A stretch of DNA of 64,000 bases from Gonapodya sp. JEL0774. Lineage: Eukaryota. The stretch spans positions 62,001 to 126,000 of the forward strand of contig JADIIX010000043.1 in NCBI GenBank assembly GCA_027604505.1. Direction: 5' to 3'. Below, piece by piece: positions 12,136 through 24,191 of this stretch. The translations under genes were made by a program, and so were the position numbers. The notes below the pieces were generated by a model. The model worked only from the letters and a program-made list of their open reading frames with translations, made no database searches and was not told the DNA's origin. Each line of letters begins with the position of its first letter. The first letter of the stretch is position 1.

Positions 12136-12961
12136 TTGGGAATTTGATTGCGTTGAGATCGGAGCAGCAGCACGTGATTTGGGACTGGTAGTGGGAGACA
12201 TCGTGGTGGGGTTCAGGGCCAGGGCCCGATGAGGAGCAGCAGGACATGGATGGGGAGTCTGTGGGAGACAGAGTGTGGCCTCGGATGGAGAAGCGTGGGA
12301 ACGGGGGGCACAGGGGGCAATGCGGGTGAGCTTCTAATCACCCCACCAACGGCCCGCTCATACCCAGCCCACCGCATCCTCTCTTCCAAACCGGATCCAA
12401 TTTCTGCATCTCTCGCGAAATTAATTCCTTTTGTGCTCCACATTCATTGGCAGGTCAAAAAAAATAAAATAATAATGTTAGACTAGTCTCTCGAGAATAT
12501 GTATGTGATATGTATTGCCTTGCTCAGCAGATCCATTCTGCATCCGGCGGTGGACAATATCACACCCCCATTACAAAATAGACGAGCCAAATGTACATAC
12601 TCAATCGATTAGTGATTTCTACTTTTGGCCTGATCCTATGACCGGCCCGAGTGGACTCTGCAGCGACACGCGGGTCAGTCATCAATGGATCAAGTGTTCG
12701 GATCCAATTATAGGAAGTAACACTGGAAACCCAAAAATGTCAGCTGTATTAATAGTGCACTGTAATCAAAGGAAGTGAGACTGGCGGGCCAGGGTAGTCG
12801 GGTGAATTGGGAGCCGGGGATTCCGGTCCGACACTGCACCTCGACCTCTCCATTTCCATTCCGCCATCGCATCCCCCCCTTCCCATCACCATCCACCGCT
12901 TCCCATCCCCATCCACCTTCCCATCCCCGTCCACCCCCCCATCCCACACCCCCATCCCCCA

Positions 12962-15676
12962 ATGTCCCCAATCAATCTCCACACCTCCGTCGTCCTAGAC
13001 GGTCTCAACTTTGGCGAAGCTCCACGCTGGAAACACGACGAGCAGGCCCTCTACTTCGCAGATTTCTACGCTTATGCCATCAAGAAAGTACGTTCATGCT
13101 TCCACACTGCCTGACCGTCAGCGACACGCTGCGTGCTTGCCCCGCCGTGACAGAGAGCGCGGTCCATATGGGCCATACGGACAATATGGAGCACATGGAC
13201 CATATGGCATCCGCAGGAGGCACTTGTCACTGTTGCGGTTCATGCTTGTTTTTTTTCGGGAGGGGTGCGGGCGGGGTTTCTGTTTTCGGTCTGCTTGTGA
13301 TGTTCCATCTGGTCTTGTGTGGTGTCGTCCACCATCGCCCTCTCTTGCACGCACTCCGACATCCCCCTCCATCACCACACAACACGTCCCTCTCCACACA
13401 CACACATATAATACCTCCTAACCCACCCACCTTTCCCCCCACTCCCCCACTCCCCCAGTTCCACCCCGCATCCGGCACCGTCTCCGTAGTCCTCCAACTC
13501 CCCAAGGGCGAACAACCCTCGGGTCTCGGCTGGCTCCCCGACCGGTCGCTCGTCTTTGTCAACATGAAGAGAAGGTGGGGTGGGGGAGGGGGCGGGGGGT
13601 GACGGTGGTGACGATGACGGTGGCGGTGGGCATTAGGCGTTGGCGTGGGAATCCACCACGGCGACGGGTTCAGGGTCAGCGGGCACCGGGCCAAACCGGC
13701 ATCCCAAACCTCCACCAACCCCTCACACCCCGCGTCCCACCATTTCCTCTTCCCGTCCCCTCTCCCTTTCGCCCTTCCACCCTTCCACCCACTACCTTCC
13801 CCCTCCTCCCCCCCGTAGACAACTCTACCGCCTCCCCCCCTCCTCCAGCACCCCAGTCCTCCACGCCGACCTCTCCTCCGTCGCGGAGTGGGACTGTAAC
13901 GATATGGTCGTGGATGAAGTGGGGAGGGTGGGTAGGGGTACGCGGTGACGGGGGCGGGGGAGGCAATTATGGTGGGGGTGAGATGCGGGGGAGTCCGGTT
14001 TGTGGTACTCTCCAGCCTGGAATCTGGAATCGAAATCAACCAACGGCTCACGGACAGCGTGCAACTGCAGACGGACGGACGGTGTGGATCGGGGGAACGG
14101 ACCGAGCCCTCACCCAAAAGCCCCACTCCTCACACTCGAGCCAAAGTTTCCCTACGCGACCAACTCACCCCCTCACCCTCTCACCCACTTTCCCCCTCCC
14201 TCGCCCCACCCCCCCGGCAGGCCTACGTCGGCAACTTCGGCTTCGACTTCCCGACCTACTCTGCCCAGACCGCGGCCCGCGCGGCCCGTGCGGCTCGTGA
14301 GCGGGTGGGCGGGGTGGCGGGGCATTTGGGCGAGACGGACAAGGAGAAAGAGGATAAAGGGAGCGAACCGGGTGGGTAGTGGTTGGGGTGGGGCGGGGGG
14401 GTGTTTTGTCCGTGTTTCTGTCTGTTTGTTGTTTGTCGATTGTTCGTGTGGGAGGCGGGAAGTGGGTGGTGGGTAGGACGGGACGGGGCACGTCGTGGCA
14501 CGTCCTTGTGCGCGTGCCCTCGTGCCTTGGCCGCCGTCCCACCCGAGTCCCCTCCCCGGTCCCACCGCACGAGACTCGGGATAGGAACCGAACTATCGCG
14601 GTCCACCTCCCCACCCCCCACTTTTCGCATCCCTCTCGCGTTCCCCGGTCCCAACTCGCTCGCCCCCCCCCCCCCCCCCCCCCCCCCCGCGACGCCGGCC
14701 CCCCCACCACCCCCCCCCCCCCCCACCGCCCCCCCCGCCGAGGCGCGCGAGGGGGGGCCAGGGGNNNNNNNNNNTAGTCATCCTCGTGACCCGCAAACCC
14801 GCCACACTCGCCCTCGTCCACCCATCGGGTCAGGTCTCGGTTGCGGCCAAGGGGCTCGAGTAGGTTGAAACGGGGGGAATAGTCGCACCGGCTCCGGAGT
14901 ACCATCGAGTCGCGGTCGCCCGTCGACCGTCGCTCGTCCCTCCCCTCTTCCTCGTCGTCTTTGAATCGGTCTCACCACCTTCCTTCGCACTCCCCCCACC
15001 CCCCCAGCTTCCCCAACGGTCCAGCCCTCCACACGGCCTCCCGCCTTCTCATCGTGGCCGAAACGCTGGGCCGCCGGTTGGCGTGTTTCGACGTGGACCC
15101 GGTGACGGGAGCCCTGGGGGACAAGAAGACGTGGGCGGTGTGTGCACATCCGCCGGATGGGATATGTTTGGATGAGGGAGGGGGGGGTGAGTGTGTGTGG
15201 TGGGGGGGAAGGGGAATGTGGTCGCCGTGGGAGAGGCAGCACCTCCATTGTGGAGTGGGACTGGAGAGCACTGCACTGGAAGGAGTGGTCGATATGCTCA
15301 CGGTCATGGGGATCGTTCACCTCGTCGCATCATCGCATCTCGTGCTTCCCGCCCCCTCTCACCGCCACACACACCCCTGCACCCCTCTCCCCATGTGTGT
15401 CTCCCCACACAAGTCTACACGTCCAACCCTACCGGAACCACCCTGCACCGCTACACCCGACAGCCCCAGTCCACTTCCACCTCCCGCTCACCCGCCCCAC
15501 CCACCCATATCGTGCACACCACACAGCCCTCGTTCGCGTGTGCCCTCGGGGGGCCAGATAGGAAGACACTCTACGTCATCACGGCGCCGGACGGGGACCC
15601 CAAGAAGAGGACTGCGAGTAGGCAGGGCAGGATCGAGGCGGTCACGGTGGACTTTGCGGGGATGGGGTTGCCGTGA
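12962..15676 (+). CDS. SMP-30/gluconolactonase/LRE-family beta-propeller; spliced, one N-gap
   Basis: GLNFGEAPRW..LYFADF, PSGLGWLPD, CNDMVVDEVGRAYVGNFGFD, FPNG..LIVAET, PDGICLDEGGGV, FACALGGPDRKTLY. Confidence 0.9.
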
Positions 15677-15983
15677 GCGGGTGACACGGGGAGGGAGTGG
15701 GTGGGTGGTGGGTGGTGGGTGATGGAGGAATGGTGGTGCGGAGGGATAGGGGCTCGCGGCAGTGTGACGGTGTGTATGGTGGTCTGCATAAAGGGATACA
15801 CTCATAATATGCGAGAACGCTACACTAGGAAAAATGAGCTACAACATGTGATTCCAAAACGGAAATGGAACAACGAAAAAACGAAATTGAAACAGCAAAA
15901 CCCAGCAAACCACCCTTCATGAACAAAGTCGGCACTCGTTCACCTCTTCCACGAACTTCCTCCGCCACCAGCTCCGGCTTCGG

Positions 15984-17493
15984 TCACACCTTGGCCAACC
16001 CCACCTGCACGCCTCTTTCCCACAGCTCGAACGTGTCCAGAGCCCTCGCCGCAACTTCTTCGCCCCACTCCTGCACGAAATGTCCTGCCTCTGGGTGCCG
16101 CATTATCGCCACGCGTGGGTTTTTGGAGAATACGGTGCTGTAGAGACGGTCCATGACCGGGGGACCGAGCACGGGGTCTGCCGGAACGCGAAACCAGTGA
16201 GACTTGGAGTGTCCAAACGGTTGACGGGGGAAACAATCAGAGGGGTACCTTTCATTCCAATGCAGATAAATACAGGCATGGTCGTTTTTGACAAGAAGGC
16301 TCGAGCAGCTTTTCCGTGATCTGAGTTCAACAAGGCACTCAGTTTCATTGAGCATCATCCGAGACTCATGGTCCCACAAAAAGTCGCGAGGATTCACGAA
16401 CCAACTCCCTCCATATCTGGCCTGATAGGTACCAAATTCGGGAAGGCCCTCACACCGGCCTTGTACGAGGCATCGGGGTACGGTAGGTCGTATCTGGTCG
16501 TGAGCAGTTTCGTGTCGTCGCTCATTCAGATTCCCACCATCCGATCACGCAACTCACGCTCTTAACTCTTTGGGAGACAAATGGCTCGCACCTCTGCCGA
16601 TGAGTTTTCCAATCGCCATGTCCGGCTGCGAGTTCGAAAAGCGGAGCCAGTCCATGAAACCCTTGCCCGCGGGTGATCCATCGGGGATATCCGTGTTCAT
16701 GATGAGGAGGCGGGAAAACCGAGTTGGGAATACGTGGGGGAGAGAGAGGCCAAGGATACCACCCCAGTCCTGGTTGTGGAAAGTTGTCAAGCAAATTGGC
16801 TTGTCATGTTGAAATTCTGCCTAATCTGTGATGCCATTTTGAGATGCATCCTACCCACCTGGCAGACAAGTGTGATGTTCTGGAGATCCAGACGCTCCAC
16901 GAGATTCATAAGTGAACTCCCTGAGGTATTTTGTTGTTGTTTCGTATCAGTGAGACCGTTCAAATATCTCACCACTCACGATGAAATTCGAACGTGTAGT
17001 TTGCTTGATCTATTGGCTAGAATAGCACAAATGTCTTCACTCCTTGTCACCTTGGAACAAGTCGATCAGTCGGACTCTCACCTTATCACTCCGCCCAAAC
17101 CCAAACAAGTCTGGAGCAATCACCCTGCGTCTTATAGTATTACGATCTGAAGACATTGTGGACCGTCCGCGTGAATTGAGGAGAACGGGGATCATTTTGC
17201 GATACAAATACGACCTGTACATTGTTGCATGCATCATGAAGCAAACCTTGTTGATTGCGATTTCGGCGACAATCACATACATACCACGTCGGCTGCCCAT
17301 GTATGCAGAGAAATATCTCATCTGCGGAATCGGGCGTTTTCTCTGGGTTCAACTGGTTTCCTTGAGCTGGCGGAGAGACCTCATCGATGTATGCCATTCT
17401 TAGACCCCGAAACTCGATGTATTTCGGTACAAAGCTAAAGCCCGGGAGATCAGAAGCTTGGAAGCGTTCATCGGGAGTGCGTCGAAACTTCAT
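15984..17493 (-). CDS. Haloalkane dehalogenase (alpha/beta hydrolase, HLD-I/DhlA-like); spliced
   Basis: RTPDERF, LRMAYIDE, CIHGQPTWSYLYRKMI, APDLFGFGRSDK, nucleophile elbow QDWGG, GFMDW, acid DPVLG, base AGHFVQE. Confidence 0.9.
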
Positions 17494-17689
17494 GGTTATT
17501 TCGAGAGTCGGCGAGAGATAAGCCGAGCTATTGCTACATATGTGTTTTTATCAGAGGAAACTAATAATCTAGTCTTAACAAGCATTGCTTTCATTAATGG
17601 AACGACATTAATAATAACGTGTTTTGATGCCCAGCCACCATTATTGACTTGTCCGTGATCGACTATTGACTCCATGATAGCGCCTGCTG

Positions 17690-20600
17690 TCAGACAGATG
17701 CTGAGACGTCTATCGACCGCCTAAGAGAATCACCGACTGTTGTTTCATCAAACCAAGATATTCGTGGATCACAAGATGAGCTAGACTCAGGACACACTGT
17801 GCTCATCGGACTCAGTTCCAATGGCTGCTCCGGCACGTCTGCGGGTAGTTCAATAGGCCGGGCGATTCGCGGAGGCTTCGAGCTTTCCAAGGACCTCAGA
17901 GATCCGTCAATTGAAGGACGCATCAAACTCCTTGGGAGGGAATCTCCCGAGTTCGGAGAGGAGGGAGAAGTGGGGGAAACTGGCGAAATTGGCGAATACA
18001 AACTCATGCTGAGCCGGGTAATATCTTCAGGCGGCACCTTGGGTCCATCGTCCGCTGGAACCAGATTGGAAGGATCCCAAGAATGAGAGCGAAGATCCCA
18101 CAAATGAGCACGGCTACCAAACGTGGAGATTCCTCGAACAGGATTAGGAAGAGAGTCTGTTGAGTTGCGTTGTGGACTTTGACCGGAGGACTCGACGTGC
18201 AGGATCCATCCATGTTTGTGAGCCGCGGCTTGAAGCATATCGTACAAGCATTCTAGCTCACGGGAGAAGCAAGTATCAGAAATTGCGATACTACTGAGTC
18301 GATGAATTCGTGAGAAACTAACCCCTGTTCTCACTAGAGTGAAGCTGGATGGCATTTTTAAGTGATGCAATCCAGCCTTCCATTTCAGATGCCGATCGCG
18401 CTGCAAAAACTACTGATTGCGTGTTGGTGTGGAAGAATGAGACTCTAAACACTGTACGCAAATGCAATCAATCAAATGAAATCAGCCAATTGCGGTGGAT
18501 ATCCCAAATACAACGGCAACCCACTGAATCGCGAACCGGTGTCGTTGAATCCTAAACCTAGCCCAGTGGATAGTTCAACCTTCTCTACATTCGTAACACG
18601 CACGATTCCCTTGTCCAAAACTCGAAGCTTGTGCAACATCATTGAACCCTTTCCATTCGATGTCGATAATCCAGAAAAGCTCGCACGAATGTTCCTTGTG
18701 ACAGGCTCCGTAAATATCAATGTGTCCGTCAATAGTATACAATGGACTGTTTGGTCTGGTGCAAAACACGTCATTTCAGAGTTTTTGGTCGAATGGCGAC
18801 CTCGAAGGCTGGAGGCCCGAATGTTCGACACTGCAAGAAACGATTGTGTTGCTGCCGATTGCGGTAGATCAGACATCGGCCCATAGACCGTAACATTTCC
18901 TCGGCGCATAAGATGTGTTCTCGGAGTTGCAAGATGCAGCTGCGCAGATTCAAAGTATTATAGTGGTGGCGTAGTTTCCTCTTGGAAATCTGACTTACGT
19001 TGTCTTCAACCAGAAGACCGTTTAATGTTTTCAACTGCTCTTGATTTTCGAGCCACTTGACATTGTTGTTCACGAAGGTCACCAAATCTCGAAGCGCGTC
19101 GGCCAGCCTGAACGTGGACTCATAGTCTGGGTGTGAAGGAGGGGTGTTCTTCAAGAGATTCTAGTCATAAAACCAGTGATACCGTAAGACGCCAACATGA
19201 AGCTGTGAATTAATAGGCCGCACCTGAGCTAGTAGCGGGTACTTGGTCACTACATCCAATTAACAGTCAGGTTCGGCATCGGAACTCTAAAACGCAGCAC
19301 AAAAACTACTCACAGCGCTGAATTGGCTTCAGCAAAAATGCATCAAGATCGAGATTCTTCATGAATGAACTGGACTTCCGCTCCTACTCGATCGCACCCT
19401 TGGTAATAATGTATTCGGGTCGAGAACACAGGTACAAACCTCGAGGAATTTCCTGAGAGATATCGATCTTTCACTCTCTGATTTTAGTGTATCTAGGCCC
19501 TTGGCGTAGTGGAAGAAGTATTTCACGTAGACGCAGAACTGTGGAAGAACTTCCAACAAGGTGTCCGAAAACATAACAACAACATGACCTTGTCGCGTTT
19601 TGGATTTTCGGAAGGCCTAAACAACATATTTGAGAGATGGTCAGACCTGGAGAACTCCTCAGATATAACACTGTACCTTAATCAGGTCTTCGTGCAAACG
19701 GCGGATAGCTTCGACATTAGAGAAAATGGCTTCACACACTTCGGAAGTTACGATTTTCAGCTGCTCCATCGGCTTTCGAAATTGCTGTGGACGGATGACA
19801 GCGGTGCGAAGAAATGTAATCCGGTCAGTCTTTGCAATATAGACAACGTGTCTTAGTCACTTTCACCTGACTTATCAGTCGCAGATCTGCCAAATAGTCC
19901 CCCTCAGTGCGTACAATCTCATGTATAACCTCTGGAATCAGACGACATGTGTGGAATCGGTTTTGCCTCAGATTATCTCGCATTTAGTGCTTCGTCACTC
20001 ACCTTGCCGTTCCTCCTCCCTGGCCGAGAGAAACAAGTTGGCAAGCTGCTCTTTTGTCAAACCCTCTCTCCACAGAGGCTGTCGCGCACCACACTACTCA
20101 GAAAAACAGAAATACTTTGAAGTACACGAAAGAGCCGGCTTACCGCAGCTACTGCCGGTGGGTCAACTTTGATCACACTTGATCTTTCAATGCTCGTTAT
20201 TGTGAGAGCGGTCCCTGCTGTCTCTTTGCTTGAAAAACTTAGCCAACTCTTTCGAAAGCTTTCTTGTGACAAGCTTCTCCGAATGGGATCTTGCATGGTG
20301 GGGCTTGAGGGGCGCTCTGTGTCACTCAGTTGATTTGATCCACCCGTGAGAGACCTCGCGAGAACTCGCAAATTATTGATGGACGAGGAATTGGAAAAGT
20401 TCCGCACAGAAACACTATCCGCGTCATTGTTGCTTTCTGTTCTGTGGCGACCCAGCGAGCCAACTGTAGAGCCTTGCTCACTGAGCCGGGATTGCACCGA
20501 TCTTGTTCTCCGAGGTCTACTGGGCCCGCTGGACATTACCGGCGGACCTGTATCAGACCAACTCTTCAAAAAATCCAGCGGCGCGGGGATAGAGCTCCTG

Positions 20601-21607
20601 TGGTGAGGTGACCAGAGGCTATGGGCCTGATCTACGGAATGGCGTTTCGTGTACGCCAGTCCGCCTTCTCCAGAGGGTGGTAGTGAAATTGTAGAATAGC
20701 GAGAATCGAGTTGAGGAGGTGCCAATAAGCTCAAAGTATGGCTGGAAGAATTCATAGGCGAAGACGGAGAGGTACGAGCACTCGCTCTGAAAACGGTGCC
20801 GAAGGGTCCCCGCTCGTCTTGCCCGCTACTCTGCTGTACCCTTCCCCGTTCTCGAATAGTCCCTTGGGGTTGGCGGTCATTATCTCCGAGAGTTTGAGCA
20901 GGACGTTCAAGAGCTGGACCAGGAAGTGCTGGTGGGAAATCAGCAAAGCCACGGTGAAGCAGGAGACTATTATGGGTGTGTGAGTTTGGGGAATCGGTCT
21001 CAGTGACAAGATACTGGGACCCTCGGATGGAGAAACTGCGACCATCCAATTGTGACCACACATTGGGTGGATGGATGGAGGATGTAGATGGCGATTCCTG
21101 GTTGTCGTCGGTCTGCTGGAGGCTCCCTGGATGTGCAGCCTCAGACTTGCGCGATGGGCTCGAGTCCGTATTCCCATCCAAATGTAAACCATCCATGGAG
21201 GCAGTAGACTCTGTTGCCGCGCTGTGCATGGTACCAAAGCGTTCCGACGTCAGGCTCTGGGAAGCCCCATCCCCACCTTCATCGCATCCGTCATCTCGTT
21301 TTGTCGACTGACTGAATGCCGACCGACGTCGTCCGTTTGCATTTTCTGTTGCACTATCTCTCCAAGACAGACTCATGGTCGATTCTCTCCGCGGCTGCTG
21401 CGAAACGACGACTGGGTATGGTGGCGACGGCGTAAAACAAGGCTTCTCATTGGCTTCATCCCGTCCACGCGACCACGAAACCGCTTCGTCGCCATCAATG
21501 GTAACTATTGTCCCTATAGCGACAGCGCCAGATCGGTACCTCTTCGCTGCAGGAAGGGGAGGTCGAGTGTCGGTGCCGCAATCAAAACAAGGAAAGCAAT
21601 TAATCAT
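17690..21607 (-). CDS. Rho guanine nucleotide exchange factor (DH plus PH-like) with a long disordered N-terminus; spliced
   Basis: EIVRTEGDY, YVKYFFHYAKGLDTL, LDAFLLKPIQR, TKYPLL, LLKNTPPSHPDY, followed by a PH-like CILLTDTLIF segment. Confidence 0.82.
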
Positions 21608-21773
21608 CGTAAGGCTCTAGCCTTCTGCAATCCGAAGACTGTGCTCTTTCTTCCGTATTTCCTGGCACGGTTAAAGGCGAAAGCTCACAGGTCACCCAAA
21701 GTGGAGGGTGGTGAGAGAGCTGCGGACGCTACCTCAGTTAATGGATTTGCCCATAATTGGAGAATTTTATTAT

Positions 21774-23621
21774 TCAACTCGCAAACTCTTCTCTGATGCT
21801 GCTCCCGTGTGCATCAAGAGCTGGAACCTCCCCGAACCATTCGGCGTCGTCCTTACTTCTGAGCGTTTCCGAATCGTGCTCACTGTCCACAAACTCCGCA
21901 CCAGGCCCAAGCATCACCACTTCCTCGTTGCCTGATTGCACACCAACTTTGATGTATCGATTCTGTGGATGAGCGGCTACGTCGTCGAGTGTTGACACCC
22001 TTCCATACGCAATCTGCGCCGTCTCAAGCTTTTCTATCAAAGCAGTTCGGGTGAGACCACGGAAGACCTCGTGAATGATGGAATCCAGTTCTTTCCGATT
22101 TTTCACTCGAGAAGTGTTGGGGTTAAACCGAGGGTCAGTGGTCAACTCGGATCGATTGAGAACCTGGCCGGTTTGAACAATGCGGTCGTTGCTATATATC
22201 TCCATTCCAAACCCGCTTGATTCTCACCTTTGTCGCAAGATTTGCCCATTCACGCTCATTTTGAATTGAAATGAGTACCTCAAGGCCATCTCCAGTCGGG
22301 TATGCTCCGTAAGGTGCAAGACCAGGATGGTGAACTGCAGCGAAAATTCTCGTAAAGAATTGCCAATGCTGCATGCAAACGTTCATTCGTGTAACCACTC
22401 ACTGCCACTTGGCTTTGATGCAAAGCCCCCTTCAGTGTACATCAGGAGCTGTGGATTCGTCCATTCGCTCAATGAATGATACAATGACGCTTCAACACCA
22501 CGACCTTTGCCAGTACGCTCCCGGTGATAAAGCGCCTGCAGGATACCCGCATAGGCTGTAAGACCCTAAATAACAGTGTGAAAAGCAAAGATACTGAGAT
22601 TGCGGTCGACTTCAAGAAGTTCCAGAAATGACGCACACAACCAATATCGCAGAGGGAGATTCCAACTCTAGTTCCGCTAAGACTGATGACACCTGATTCT
22701 CCTTGCACCAGCATATCGTACGCTTTCATATTTTTCAGAGGGCCCCGCTGAACCGAACACTGTTAAACGACATGGTTATGTACCCTTGTCGAATAATCGA
22801 CCAAACATACCTCGCCATATCTTATCGTACATGGAATGTACGATAGTGGAAATAAATTTCAGATGGAGAAATACGTCCGAGAATGTTCTGGGCTCACCCG
22901 CTCATGTCCACTGTGATGAGCCTGGGATATCTCTTCCTCAGCTCTTTGCTTCCGAACCCTCTTCCATCCACCTTCATCCGAGACGTTGCCCCTGGTGCCA
23001 AGTTCTGAATAAAAATGTCAGCCTTGGAAATCATCCGATCCAAGAGGCGGAGATCTTCGGGATCTTTCAAGTCCATCCCAATTGATTCCTTTCCCCGGTT
23101 AAGCCAAACGAAATATGAGCTGTCTCCGCGAACATGGCGATCGTAGCCACGCGCAAAGTCGCCATCGCCTTTACGCTCCACTTTTATGACTCGAGCGCCG
23201 GCATCAGCCAATTTGGCGCCGCATCTGAAGCAGAGAAAGGTGATGAAGAAGGAGACGGGCACAAAACTGCTGGCAATACTCACAGAGGCGCAGCTACGGC
23301 TTGATCTATGCTCACTACCAGAAGGCCTCTAAGATCCTCCGCTCCCAAGAATGATTTCCGCGGCGGCACATTGTAGTTAGTGGTCCCGACTTCAACGGAA
23401 GAGGTACTTGAGAACGGTCGATATAGTGTGGATGGAAGAGATTGTTGTTGAGGGAGAGCGATTGCCAGTCTACGTGGCAGAGTTTCTGTGCAGGACAATA
23501 ACTGTGGAATCCGGGTGAACAGGATGTTTCCGGCGGGTTTCAAAGGAAGAGTGGCACGTAGAGGCAGGATTGTTGACCCCGCGATGCGATGGCAAGAAAG
23601 AGCGGTGATTGATGGGGCCAT
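21774..23621 (-). CDS. CoA-transferase family III (CaiB/BaiF) with an N-terminal presequence; spliced
   Basis: LVVSIDQAVAAP, LADAGARVIKVER..GDFAR, LNRGKESI.DLK, ADIFIQNLAPG, KAYDMLVQGESG, HPGLAPYGAY. Confidence 0.9.
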
Positions 23622-24191
23622 CTTGAGCTGCAAATGGGTAAAGGCTTGTGTTTGCTTCCGAGGGGATTTGATCAGACTCTGCCGCGGAATTTGAGTTATA
23701 AACACGTTCACCCTCCGGTTTTCATCGCAGCTTTCGTGTATCAAATAGCCAAGACTTGTGTTATTCTTTGTTTTCAATTTTCATTGATGTGGTGATGAAG
23801 GTATTGCCAGCGGCGAACGCAAGATGATTTGTGGACGCCCGCAGTTACCATCTCCCATACATTATGTCGACTCATAAAACACGAATAGGACGCTGGTCGC
23901 GCATACGATCGCACCTTGTGGATATTATACTTGGGCAGCGTGCACATCCACTCTCCTGTTTTGTGCCTCAGCAGCTGCACCACAGCAATAATATATTCAG
24001 CTTGCAACTCACAAAATGCCCATTCAAGTACCCGCCGAGATTTCAACAGAGGATCACCACTTAAGTCTTAAGCACAAGTCGTGTCATCTATCATCTCCAC
24101 CGCAACCACATAGCGGGTGAGGGGATTGGATTTGTTCCTCGCCCCACGTAAGATCTCACTCAGAGCTTCCAAAACGTCTCGGTCAAAGCGC

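Noticed and set aside
14655..14775. Poly-C/poly-G inverted structure
   Set aside because: It flanks the second N-gap and the sequence is unreliable.
10166..15722. Many long Pro/Gly/Arg-rich ORFs on both strands (e.g. 10166-11413, 13227-14126)
   Set aside because: These are stop-poor by-products of GC-rich introns and overlap the two real spliced genes.
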